DNA of 64,000 nucleotides, taken from Alphaproteobacteria bacterium. Its GTDB lineage: Bacteria; Pseudomonadota; Alphaproteobacteria; UBA9219. The notes beneath the pieces are model-generated. The model was given only the letters and a program-made list of their open reading frames with translations, ran no database searches and had not been told where the DNA came from. Each line of letters opens with the position of its first letter. Position 1 is the first letter of the stretch. A program made the translations under genes and the position numbers. Positions 30,705 through 39,802 of the stretch are shown here, one piece after another. The stretch covers positions 33,180 through 97,179 of the forward strand of contig JAYRGC010000070.1 in the NCBI GenBank assembly GCA_041908065.1, read 5' to 3'.

Positions 30705-31586
30705 CTAATTCCGTAAATTAGCGATAGTATTTTTGAGCTGGCTGCCTTTGACCTCGCGCTTTGTCCAGACGAAAGGCTTTGCGGTGGTGTCGTAAGCCTC
30801 GCAAAAATTCTCGATGGCCCGCTTGAGGTCGTCGATGCTTTTGAAGCTTGCGCCGCGCAGGGCTTTGCGCGACAGAATGCCGAACCAGATTTCGACCATG
30901 TTGAGCCAACTGGCTGATGTCGGCGTGTAGTGAAAGAAGACATTGGGATTTCGCTCCAGCCAATCCTCGTTCTTTTTGTGCGTCGAATAATTGTCCACAA
31001 TGATGTGGATCTCCCGATCTTCAGGAACGTCCGCCACCACATCGTCAAGAAAGGCCTGAAAATCAGGACGCTTTTTTGTCTGCGTCATTTTCGTTTTGAC
31101 TTGTCCTGTCGCGGTGCTGAGCGCGGCAAAAAGGTTCAGCGTGCCGTGCCGCTTATAGGTGCTTTTAAGGCCGCGAACAATTTTCTGGCTGGATGTTTTG
31201 ACATATCCCGTCGCACGTTCCAGTGCCTGAATGGATGGTTTTTCGTCGATCGAAATGACGACCGCCCGTTCCGGCGGGTTGAGATAAAGCCCTATGATGT
31301 CCGCCGATTTGGCGGCAAATTGCGGGTCTGTGCTGACGCACCAGCTTCGCTGCCGCGCCAATTGGATGTTTTTCCGGCGCAAGAAGCGCCAGACAGCGCT
31401 GGCCGTGCCGCCCACGGTTTTGGCCAGAGCTTTTCCGTCTCAGGTTGATTGGCCCTTGGGCGGGGGCGACTCTAACGCCTTTACGATTTTCGCTTCGTAT
31501 TCTTCGCCATACTCTTTGCGTCGCCCGCTCCGTGCGGCGTCCTCCAGTCCCGCCAATCCCTGCGCCGCAAAACGACGACGCCATTT
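30705..31586 (-). pseudogene. IS630-family transposase, inactivated (in-frame TGA at 31442-31440, 5'-truncated)
   Basis: DDE_3 domain DEKPSIQALER ... DNYSTHKK. Upstream in-frame KWRRRFAAQGLAGLEDAARSGRRKEY ... PPPKGQST*. The stop is TGA where W (TGG) is expected. The N-terminal HTH is missing. Confidence 0.8.
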
Positions 31587-31677
31587 TCACCAGCTCATGC
31601 CCCATGTCGATGACCTGCTCAAGCCGAGCGCGGAACAGGTCTTCCTGCCCACTATTCTGCGGATTTTCCTTCAGCAT
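31579..31677 (-). mobile_element. IS5-family transposase N-terminal fragment
   Basis: MLKENPQNSGQEDLFRARLEQVIDMGHELVKMA matches the conserved IS5-group N-terminal motif DLFR..L.QII...H.LV.LA. It is fused to the IS630 remnant. Confidence 0.55.
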
Positions 31678-31802
31678 AATCGCAACCTTTCGAGCCGTTT
31701 CCCTCGATACGTTGCAATTTACTCGCCCACAATCCCTTTGGAAATCCCTTCAAATCATGGGTGTAATGGCTTCTTTAGGGGGGACTAGTTACCAGCAGCG
31801 CT

Positions 31803-32579
31803 TTAACGGAGCACACCGTCAAAAACAGGCAAACCGATCAAGGAAGCAATTGCTATAAGCATATAGCAGATATTTCTGAAAGTTTGTTCTTTGGCAAGTC
31901 CAAACATTCGAGAACCAAGCCACATGCCGAGGCTATACGTCGGAAGCGTAGCGACACTGAGCCACAGTACTTCTGATGTGAAAAGCCCTCCTATAATGTA
32001 GGCGATTGCGTTTACAATCATAGTACAGGCAAAAAACAGGATAATGTTTGCCCTCACATTTCCGGATTGTCCTTGACCGCTAAGCCAGTACAGTATGACG
32101 GGAGGGCCACCTATCTGGGCAAGGCCACTGAATAGCCCTGATAAAGAGCCAACACCTACAGTCAATGACGTTTTTGGTTGGCCATGATACCTCCAGCCAG
32201 AAATCAGCAAAGCAAGCGCGGGTATGACTGCGCACACAATTATCCATCGAACGGTTATGGGTTCAGAGTGAGTCAGCATCCATGTACCAATGGGAATGCC
32301 AAGGGTCGCTCCGATTGCCATGGTAGCGACTTCCTTTTTGTTCGCATGTCTCCATGCGTTTGGTATGAGGGCAATCGAGGGAAAAGAGTCCACAATAAGA
32401 AGCAGCGGAGCAACCAGCGTTGGATTTACAATTGCATTCGCTATAGGTGAAAGAATCAAAGCGGAGCCAAAACCAGAAAACCCACGCGCAAGCCCTGCAA
32501 TAAAGGCCACTGAAGCGAGGAAAACTATAGAGGCTGCGCTATAATCACCACTTACGAAAGGCATAGACTTCCACCCCAT
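31803..32579 (-). CDS. Sulfite exporter TauE/SafE family membrane protein
   Basis: Polytopic membrane protein with ARGFSGFG and GxxxG-type repeats. Low-GC gene. Confidence 0.7.
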   Translation of the reverse strand: MGWKSMPFVSGDYSAASIVFLASVAFIAGLARGFSGFGSALILSPIANAIVNPTLVAPLLLIVDSFPSIALIPNAWRHANKKEVATMAIGATLGIPIGTWMLTHSEPITVRWIIVCAVIPALALLISGWRYHGQPKTSLTVGVGSLSGLFSGLAQIGGPPVILYWLSGQGQSGNVRANIILFFACTMIVNAIAYIIGGLFTSEVLWLSVATLPTYSLGMWLGSRMFGLAKEQTFRNICYMLIAIASLIGLPVFDGVLR

Positions 32580-32703
32580 CTTCTTTCTGCTGCTTTTCTG
32601 CGTTGAGGCACAATTTGCCATGGTTTATCACTAGTGTCCGGTCAAAAATCTAGCGGCAGCAAAAGGTTAGTCTCTTCACCCTATCATGGGTGCTTCTCAG
32701 CAC

Positions 32704-34224
32704 TCACCCTCCCCCTGTCAGCTTCCTATACCCCAACGCCTCGGCGACGTGGATGCGGCGGACGGCTTCGCTGCCGGACATGTCGGCCAACGTGCGCGAC
32801 ACGCGCAACACGCGGTGATAGCCTCGCGCCGACAATTTCATCTTTTCGCTGGCTTGCGTCAACAATTCGCGCCCCGCCGCGTCGGGCGCAGCCACCTTGT
32901 CCAACAATTCGCCGTCGGCCTGCGAATTGACGCGGATGTCCGAACCCAGCGCGGCGTAACGCTCGGCCTGCGCCGCCCGCGCCGCAGCCACCCGCGCCGC
33001 CACGGTCGCGGAGTCCTCCGCCGCCGGAGGCAGGCTGAGGTCGGACGCGCTGACCGCCGGAACTTCGACGTGGCAATCGATGCGGTCGAACATGGGGCCG
33101 GAGATGCGCGATTGGTAGTCGCGCCCGCAGGCGGGGGCGCGCCCGCACGCCTGCGACGGATCGGCCATATGCCCGCAACGGCAGGGGTTCATGGCGGCCA
33201 CCAGCTGCACCCGCGCCGGATAGCTGACGTGATGGTTGGCGCGAGCCACCACCGCGCGGCCGCTCTCCAGTGGTTGCCGCAAGGCCTCTAGCGTTTGGCG
33301 TTGAAACTCCGGCAATTCGTCAAGGAACAGAACCCCGTTGTGCGCCAAAGAAATCTCCCCGGGCTTGGCGTGCGTGCCGCCGCCCACCAACGCCGCCGTG
33401 GTCGCCGAATGGTGGGGATCGCGGAACGGGCGGCGACGCAGGAGCTTGCCCCCCTCCAGCAACCCCGCAAGCGAGTGGATCATCGAAACTTCCAAGGCTT
33501 CGTCGGCGGCCAGAGGCGGCAGTATCGACGGCAACCGCGCCGCCAACATGCTCTTGCCCGAACCCGGGGGGCCGATCATCAGCAGATTGTGGCCTCCCGC
33601 CGCCGCCACTTCCAAAACGCGCTTGGCCGTCTCCTGTCCTTTGATATCGCGCAAATCGGGTTGGGAGGCTCCGCCGTCGTCCTGCAAACGCGGGGAGGGA
33701 CGCCCCAGAACCTGCGTCCCCTTAAAATGGTTGATCAGAGCCAAAAGCGAGGGCGCGGAGATAACCTCAAGATTCTCCCCCGCCCATACCGCCTCGCCGC
33801 CGTTTCCGGCCGGACAGATCAGCCCGCGCCGATTGGCGTTAGCGGTTACGGCGGCGGGCAGAACCCCTGTCACCGAGGTGATCGTTCCGTCCAAGGCCAA
33901 TTCGCCCAACGCGGTATATCCGGCCATTTCCTCGCGCGGCAACACCCCCATCGCCGCCAGAATGCCCAAGGCTATCGGCAGGTCGAAGTGGCTTCCTTCC
34001 TTTTGCACGTCGGCGGGCGCAAGGTTAACGGTGATGCGTTTGGCGGGCAGGGCCAGCCCCAGCGCGTTAAGCGAAGCCCGCACCCGCTCGCGGCTTTCCC
34101 CCACCGCCTTGTCCGGCAGGCCGACGATGCCGAAGGCCACGATCCCGGGCGAGATCTGCACCTGAACGTCTATGTCGAGGACGTTAGTGCCTTCGAACGC
34201 CACGGTGGCGACGCGGGATACCAT
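32704..34224 (-). CDS. comM: YifB/ComM family Mg-chelatase-like AAA+ ATPase
   Basis: N-terminus MVSRVATVAFEGTNVLDIDVQVQISPG. Walker A GPPGSGKS. Mg-chelatase C-terminal domain. Confidence 0.9.
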   Translation of the reverse strand: MVSRVATVAFEGTNVLDIDVQVQISPGIVAFGIVGLPDKAVGESRERVRASLNALGLALPAKRITVNLAPADVQKEGSHFDLPIALGILAAMGVLPREEMAGYTALGELALDGTITSVTGVLPAAVTANANRRGLICPAGNGGEAVWAGENLEVISAPSLLALINHFKGTQVLGRPSPRLQDDGGASQPDLRDIKGQETAKRVLEVAAAGGHNLLMIGPPGSGKSMLAARLPSILPPLAADEALEVSMIHSLAGLLEGGKLLRRRPFRDPHHSATTAALVGGGTHAKPGEISLAHNGVLFLDELPEFQRQTLEALRQPLESGRAVVARANHHVSYPARVQLVAAMNPCRCGHMADPSQACGRAPACGRDYQSRISGPMFDRIDCHVEVPAVSASDLSLPPAAEDSATVAARVAAARAAQAERYAALGSDIRVNSQADGELLDKVAAPDAAGRELLTQASEKMKLSARGYHRVLRVSRTLADMSGSEAVRRIHVAEALGYRKLTGGG

Positions 34225-34334
34225 GTTGTGCGACCTCGCAACGTCATGTTCGTAATATTGTCACGCTTCGGAGAAAATTATGCTTTTTCCGGCCTCCTCG
34301 CGCAACGTATTCCTCCCTGCCGCCGCGTCAAGAT

Positions 34335-35630
34335 TTATCCTCTGACGATCACAGCCCGCGCATGGCCTTCCAACCCTTCGGAGCGCGACAAGGCGACGAC
34401 TGCGCCGCCGATGCCGCGCAAACCCTCGGCGTTAGCCGTTTGAGCGGTGACGGTTTTCTGAAACGCTTCGACCGACAGGCCGGAATACGCGCGCGCCGCC
34501 GCCGAGGTGGGCAGGACGTGATTGGTTCCGCTGGCGTAGTCGCCCAGACTTTCCGGAGTCATGGTTCCGCAAAAAACCGAGCCGGCGTTTTTGACCAGCG
34601 GCAGATATTTTTCGGCCTCGACGAAGCACAGCACCAAATGCTCGGGCGCGTAGGCGTTGGATATTTCCATCGCCTGCTCCAAGGATTCCGCGATTATGGC
34701 TACGGCGTTTTCCAAGGCTGCGGAGGCGATGGAACGGCGCGGCAGCGTCGACAACTGGATGTCAGCCTCGGCCATTATGGCGGCTACCTTGGCGCGATCG
34801 TCGGAAACCAGCACCACTTGCGCCAAACGATCGTGTTCGGCTTGCGCCAAAAGATCCGCCGCCGCCGCTGCCGCCGGAGTGTCGGAAGAGGCTATGACCA
34901 GCACCTCTGACGGTCCGGCTCGCATATCGATGGCGGGGCCTCCGGCGGTGGCCGCGGCCATTTCCTTGGCTAACGTGACATAAAGATTTCCCGGGCCGAA
35001 TATCTTGTCCACGGCGTCGATGCTCGGCGTCCCTATGGCCATGGCCGCAACGGCTTGCGCCCCGCCCAGCCGAAAGACGCGGTTTATCCCGCACAATCCA
35101 GCGGCGTAAAGTATCGCCGGAGAGACATTTCCGGAACGATCCGGCGGCGTGCAAAGAATGCGCGAGGGATTTCCCGCCAGCTGCGATGGCACCCCCAGCA
35201 TCAACGCCGTGGAAAGCAACGGAGCCGTTCCCCCGGGAATGTACAGCCCGACCTTTTCGATCGGAACCACCAAGCGGCGGCAAACCAATCCGGCCATGAC
35301 CTCGATCTGATACGGCCTGTATCCCTGATGGGAGTGGAAGGCGCGAATATGGGAATACGCGGCGTCGATGGCTTGGCGCAAATCAGGCGGCAAGGTTTTC
35401 CCCGAACGCGCTATCTCGGATTCGGGAACCTGCGGCGGATCTGGATCGAAGCCGTCGAATTTCTTGGCGTACCGCCGCACCGCCGCGTCGCCCTCGGAAC
35501 GCACGTCCGCGAAAATGTCCCTTACCACGCGCTCGGCCTCGACGCTCGCCAAGGCAGCAGGACGCCTGAGGCATTCGCGCCGAGCCGCGTCGTCCATGTC
35601 TTTCCAAACCAGATTCCGCACCGCTTTCAC
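34335..35630 (-). CDS. hisD: Histidinol dehydrogenase
   Basis: Conserved along its length. GTG at 35630 overlaps the hisG stop (GTGA). Confidence 0.85.
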   Translation of the reverse strand: MKAVRNLVWKDMDDAARRECLRRPAALASVEAERVVRDIFADVRSEGDAAVRRYAKKFDGFDPDPPQVPESEIARSGKTLPPDLRQAIDAAYSHIRAFHSHQGYRPYQIEVMAGLVCRRLVVPIEKVGLYIPGGTAPLLSTALMLGVPSQLAGNPSRILCTPPDRSGNVSPAILYAAGLCGINRVFRLGGAQAVAAMAIGTPSIDAVDKIFGPGNLYVTLAKEMAAATAGGPAIDMRAGPSEVLVIASSDTPAAAAAADLLAQAEHDRLAQVVLVSDDRAKVAAIMAEADIQLSTLPRRSIASAALENAVAIIAESLEQAMEISNAYAPEHLVLCFVEAEKYLPLVKNAGSVFCGTMTPESLGDYASGTNHVLPTSAAARAYSGLSVEAFQKTVTAQTANAEGLRGIGGAVVALSRSEGLEGHARAVIVRG

Positions 35631-36517
35631 TCCATCATCTTTTCTATCGGCATCACCAGTATCGAACTGGCTCCGGCTGACTTCAGGCGTTCCATCGTTT
35701 CCCAAAACACCGCCTCGCGGCAGACGGAATGCACCGCCACCTTGTCTTTTTTACCCTGCAACGGCAGAACCGTCGGAGATTCCGCCCCGGGCAACAAGGA
35801 CACTATCTCCGGCAACGCCGAGACGTCGGCGTGCAGCATGATGTATTTGCTGTCGTCGGCTCGCAACGCGCCCTGCATCCGCGCGCGAAGACGGGTTATG
35901 ATGGACGCCTTTTCCTCCGGAACTCCCGCAGCCGCCCCTATCAACAACGCCTCGCTTTCCAAAACCACGGCGATTTCGCGCAGATTGTTGGCGGCCAGAG
36001 TAGCCCCCGAAGCCACGATGTCGCAGATGGCGTCGGCTATCTTCAGGCGCGGAGCTACCTCCACCGATCCCATCATTATCAGCGGCTTGGCTTGGACGTT
36101 CTCGCGGCGCAGAAACTCTTCCAAAAGCCGGGGGTACGAAGTGGCGATGACCGCCCCGTTCAAATCGCCAACCTCGGAAATCTTGCCTCCTTCGGGGACG
36201 GCGATGGACAAGCGGCAGCGCGAAAAACCCAAGCGATCCAGCACGGCCACGCGGACCCCGCCGTTTTCGCCGGTTTTCTTCTCCGCGAACACGTTTTCGC
36301 CGACGATCCCCAGATCGCAAATTCCGTCGGCCACAAACCCGGGAATGTCGTCGTCGCGCACCATCAGCACGTCGATGGGCAATTCCTTGACGCGGCAAAA
36401 CAGCCGATCCCGCCCTTTCGACACGTGCAATCCGCAATTCCGCAACAAGCCCAAGCTATCGTCGGCCAGTCTGCCTGATTTCTGCAACGCTATGCGGATG
36501 CGCCGTTCGCCGGACAT
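35627..36517 (-). CDS. hisG: ATP phosphoribosyltransferase (long form)
   Basis: N-terminus MSGERRIRIALQKSGRL. 296-aa long form with C-terminal regulatory domain. Confidence 0.85.
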   Translation of the reverse strand: MSGERRIRIALQKSGRLADDSLGLLRNCGLHVSKGRDRLFCRVKELPIDVLMVRDDDIPGFVADGICDLGIVGENVFAEKKTGENGGVRVAVLDRLGFSRCRLSIAVPEGGKISEVGDLNGAVIATSYPRLLEEFLRRENVQAKPLIMMGSVEVAPRLKIADAICDIVASGATLAANNLREIAVVLESEALLIGAAAGVPEEKASIITRLRARMQGALRADDSKYIMLHADVSALPEIVSLLPGAESPTVLPLQGKKDKVAVHSVCREAVFWETMERLKSAGASSILVMPIEKMME

Positions 36518-36669
36518 GGCATTTCCTTTTCCGTTCGGGTTGTCTTTCCGGTTTCAGACGGGATCACCCCCGCCTTAAACCGGTTTTGCATGAAGAGATT
36601 CTTGGCTCTTGCCCAAAGCGAGTGGATAAATAGTCGCTATTTCGACAATCACATCCTGTCCCCCCTTTT

Positions 36670-36758
36670 CTTAGGAGGAGGAACAGACCGCGTCGACGGG
36701 GGTAACGTCGCTACCCCCCCGATAAAAACCCACTACCCACCCGTTTTGTGTAAGAGCC
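36670..36758. repeat. Variant MITE subfamily copy E (ggaggaacagaccg core plus C7 tract plus right TIR tacccacccgttttgtgtaagagcc)
   Basis: Shares its core with 10321-10400. Right TIR at 36734-36758. Confidence 0.6.
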
Positions 36759-36876
36759 TTAATCCTTTTCTTCTTGCATATCGTATTAATACGATAATAC
36801 AGTATAAGAGGGCGAGTCAACCCTAAAAGATCTGGTTGCTCGCCAACGGACGCCGGTCGACGAAAGGAGTTCCGCC

Positions 36877-37209
36877 ATGAAAGGCCCTAGCCATCGCCAA
36901 TGCGCCGCCTCGGACGACGATTTCGCTTCGCTTTACGAGGCGTTTTTGTCGATGAAAAAGCCCGACGAAGTGCGAAGGTTCCTCGCCGATTTATGCACTC
37001 CGGCGGAAATATCCGCCTTCGCCGAGAGATGGAAGATAGCGAGGGTTCTGGCGGACGGGGCATCCTCTTACCGCGACATCAACGCCGAAACGGGGGTGAG
37101 CGTGACCACCATCGCCCGCGTCGCCCGTTTCCTGCATCAGGAAGCGCACAAGGGTTACGCGCTGGCTTTGGACAGGACGCGGCACAAACGGAAAAGCCCA
37201 TCGGCCTGA
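36877..37209 (+). CDS. YerC/YecD-family TrpR-related protein
   Basis: Motif DEVRRFLADLCTPAEISAFAERWKIARVL ... GVSVTTIARVARFL. Confidence 0.7.
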   Translation: MKGPSHRQCAASDDDFASLYEAFLSMKKPDEVRRFLADLCTPAEISAFAERWKIARVLADGASSYRDINAETGVSVTTIARVARFLHQEAHKGYALALDRTRHKRKSPSA

Positions 37210-37221
37210 GCGGGGCGGTGG

Positions 37222-37415
37222 CGGCGTTTGCGAAGTTACAGCCAAAGGCTGTCTTTGTAGGGTTACGGCCAAAGGCCGTCATGCGACGCGAAGCAATCCA
37301 TTGCCACAGGCGCAACGGCTCTGGATTGCTTCGCGGCCTGAAGAAGGCCGCTCGCAATGACAGCGCTTATTGCTGCCATTCTCTTATAAATTACTCTCCA
37401 GTTTTGCGCATAGAG
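37222..37415. repeat. MITE-like element copy F (tandem 27-bp units, hairpin, degenerate TIR)
   Basis: Contains gcgaagttacagccaaaggctgtc x2, gcgaagcaatcca...ctggattgcttcgcgg, and cgctcgcaatgacagcg. Confidence 0.75.
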
Positions 37416-37565
37416 GCAACCAATTTTATGTTCTTGCCGCCTCCGCCATAACCATGCCATTATTTGGCGTTATCCTCGCTGCTTGGGTGGCCTTTTCATT
37501 GAACGAAGAGGCACCGTAAGCGGTTCGTCCGTGCAACCAGTCGTTCATCAAGGATGGAGATCCAT

Positions 37566-37940
37566 ATGCGCCGCAATCTGCTCCTCGCCGCCACAGTCTT
37601 GGCCACTCTGCTGTCCGTTCCCGCCCATGCCGAGGAAGGGTGGTCGTTCGGAAATTCGTCGTGCGGAAATCCGGTTCCATGTAGTTCCATTAAAAGTGGG
37701 CAGCTTTCAAACTCTGATATTATATCCATATCAAATTCATGTATTGCCAACAATCTGGGGCATCGTGGTGGAAACGCCTTTGAAGACCGCGGGTTGGATT
37801 CTAACCTTTGTTTGACATCAAAAAAATCCACTAAAGCTGCTGATGGTGGCATGGTGTTAATGCCTAAGTGCTGCGTTGTTCCTGTCGCCAACAATAAGGA
37901 AATGTGCCAGATTATTTGTAAGCTTATAGGAACCCGCTGA
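37566..37940 (+). CDS. Small secreted cysteine-rich protein (10 Cys), low-GC
   Basis: Signal peptide MRRNLLLAATVLATLLSVPAHA. The gene is visibly AT-rich compared with its neighbours. Confidence 0.5.
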   Translation: MRRNLLLAATVLATLLSVPAHAEEGWSFGNSSCGNPVPCSSIKSGQLSNSDIISISNSCIANNLGHRGGNAFEDRGLDSNLCLTSKKSTKAADGGMVLMPKCCVVPVANNKEMCQIICKLIGTR

Positions 37941-37956
37941 TCTAACCGCCCAACCA

Positions 37957-38439
37957 GTGGCAGGAAAACTCCCCAAAGACATATCCGCCATCGTGGACGG
38001 GGTGGCATCGCGTGTGGTCGGCAACGACTGGGCGTTGTATGCCGCCCTGTTCCGGCGGTGGCGGGAGATAATCGGCGAGGAATATGCGGACGCCACCTCC
38101 CCCGTAAAACTTTCCGCGATGCCGCGCGGAACGCTTGCGTCCGGCGAGGCCGGATGCCGTCCCCCCAAAAGGCTGCATATCGCCTTGCCGCGCGGTTTGG
38201 TAACAGACATTACGTTTGCCAAGCCGCGCATTCTGGAACGCATCGCCGATTGCATCGGGCGGGAAGTCATAGCCGATCTTGTGTTGGAACCCAGACATAC
38301 AACAAAATCCAAGGCGTTTCGCGGACGCGCCGCGCCCACAGCACCTCCGGTCGAATGGCGGGAACGGATTGACCGTGAAATAGAAAACCCCGACCTGCGC
38401 GCCGCGCTGGAAAGCCTCGGCGCGTGGATGAAGGGATAA
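37957..38439 (+). CDS. DUF721/DciA-family protein
   Basis: About 160 aa with the typical alphaproteobacterial DUF721 layout. Motifs WREIIGEEYADATSPVKL and LHIALPRGLVTDITF. Confidence 0.6.
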   Translation: MAGKLPKDISAIVDGVASRVVGNDWALYAALFRRWREIIGEEYADATSPVKLSAMPRGTLASGEAGCRPPKRLHIALPRGLVTDITFAKPRILERIADCIGREVIADLVLEPRHTTKSKAFRGRAAPTAPPVEWRERIDREIENPDLRAALESLGAWMKG

Positions 38440-38444
38440 TCAGC

Positions 38445-38645
38445 AGAGCCCTTCGAAGGGAACTTACGCGGCCAACGCGCCGCAATCCCTCCTCTCCCTC
38501 TGGGAGAGGATAAGTTTGCCCGAATTTTCGCCTCCGAAAATTCGCGGCAATACCTTGGTGAGGGTTCTTTTTCAAACCCAGCTTGGGAACCCTCACCAAG
38601 CTGCGGCTAAGGATTTTCGCTAAGGGGCGAAAATCCGAGCCGCGC
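38445..38645. repeat. Composite palindromic repeat, inverted copy (reverse complement of the A+B units of the 39.06-39.70 kb array)
   Basis: cccttcgaagggaacttacgcg ... cctctccctctgggagagg ... cccgaattttcgcctccgaaaattcgcgg ... cttggtgagggttc...gaaccctcaccaag. Confidence 0.8.
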
Positions 38646-38699
38646 TATCCTCTCCCAGAGGGAGAGGAATCCCCGCCGCGCCGGTTGTTTTCAATTTTA

Positions 38700-39058
38700 T
38701 AGGGAATGATTTTGGCCTCTCGAAGGATTGTTTCGATTACGCCGTTTATATCCGCCGTCACATCAGAATTAGTGAAACGGATGGTGCGATAGCCGAGTTT
38801 GGCAAGGTATTCATCGCGGTGAAAGTCTTGTCGTTGCCGCAGATCGTGTGAGATGCCATCAAGCTCGATTATCAACTTGGCTTGTAAACAAGCAAAATCC
38901 GCCGTGTATGGAGGGATTGGATGTTGGCGGCGAAACTTCAATCCAACGGACTGATATAGTCCTCGCAACCGTTGCCAAAGCAAGGATTCCGTGCGCGGCA
39001 TTTCGGATCGTAGTTTCCGTGCTTTCTTTATATGCGGTGGATGAGGTATCGTGCGCAT
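38700..39058 (-). CDS. DUF559 (Vsr-like) endonuclease domain protein
   Basis: ESLLWQRLRG ... FRRQHPIPPYTADFACLQAKLIIELDGISH ... IRFTNSDV matches the DUF559 pattern. The ORF tail (to 38645) runs into the repeat. Confidence 0.65.
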
Positions 39059-39059
39059 A

Positions 39060-39700
39060 GCGATATTGTATTGCCCTCACCAAGGTATTGCCACGAATTT
39101 TCGAAGGCGAAAATTCGGGCAAACCTATCCTCTCCCAGAGGGAGAGGGGGGATTGCGGCACGTTGCTCGCGTAAGTTCCCTTCGACAGGCTCAGGGAACG
39201 CGGAATTTCGGTTTTATGAACAACAGGTGCAGCGGCGGCACCTCTCCCTCTGGAAGAGGATAGCGCGGCTTGGATTTTCGCTCCTTAGCGAAAATCCTTA
39301 GCCGCCGCTTGGTGAGGGTTCCCAAGTTGGGTTTATAAAAGAACCCTCACCAAGGTATTGCCGCGAATTTTCGAAGGCGAAAATTCGGGCAAACCTATCC
39401 TCTCCCAAAGGGAGAGGGGGGATTGCGGCACGTTGCTCGCGTAAGTTCCCTTCGACAGGCTCAGGGAACACGAAATTTCGGATTTATGGATAGAAGATGC
39501 GGCGGGGATTCCTCTCCCTCTGGGAGAGGATAGCGCGGCTTGGATTTTCGCCCTTTAGCGAAAATCCTTAGCCGCAGCTTGGTGAGGGTTCACAAATTGG
39601 GTTTACGCAAGAAACCCTCACCAAGGTATTGCCACGAATTTTCGAAGGCGAAAATTCGGGCAAACCTATCCTCTCCCAGAGGGAGAGGACGCACCAACTG
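39060..39700. repeat. Tandem array (about 2.5 units, period ~270 bp) of a composite palindromic repeat
   Basis: Unit A (ccctcaccaaggtattgcc.cgaattttcgaaggcgaaaattcgggcaaacctatcctctcccagagggagagg...) at about 39062, 39335 and 39615. Unit B (ctctccctctgg.agaggatagcgcggcttggattttcgc...cttggtgagggttc...gaaccctcaccaagg) between them. Confidence 0.85.
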
Positions 39701-39744
39701 CGCCTTTGGGATAGACCTCTGACTTTCGCGCATCCGCGCAAAAG

Positions 39745-39785
39745 AAAACCGCCCGCCCCTGTTGTCAGGGACGGGCGGGGTATTA
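39745..39785 (-). terminator. Rho-independent terminator downstream of the pilin-fibre fusion gene
   Basis: ccgcccgtccctgacaacaggggcgggcgg hairpin followed by TTTT on the minus strand. Confidence 0.6.
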
Positions 39786-39802
39786 AACCCTAGAGATTTG
39801 GA

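Noticed and set aside
31165-31677. 170-aa ORF as one intact protein
   Set aside because: Only its first ~33 aa resemble an IS5 transposase N-terminus. The rest is the IS630 remnant read out of frame, so it was split into an IS5 fragment and an IS630 pseudogene.
35631-35705. Longer hisD start at 35705
   Set aside because: It would overlap hisG by 79 bp. A GTG at 35630 gives a GTGA junction and an N-terminus whose length matches HisD homologues.
39060-39700. Possible CRISPR array (regularly spaced repeats)
   Set aside because: The repeat units are ~120 bp composite palindromes, far longer than CRISPR repeats. The intervening ~42-bp segments are variants of each other rather than unique spacers. 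There are no cas genes nearby and an inverted copy sits at 38445-38645.
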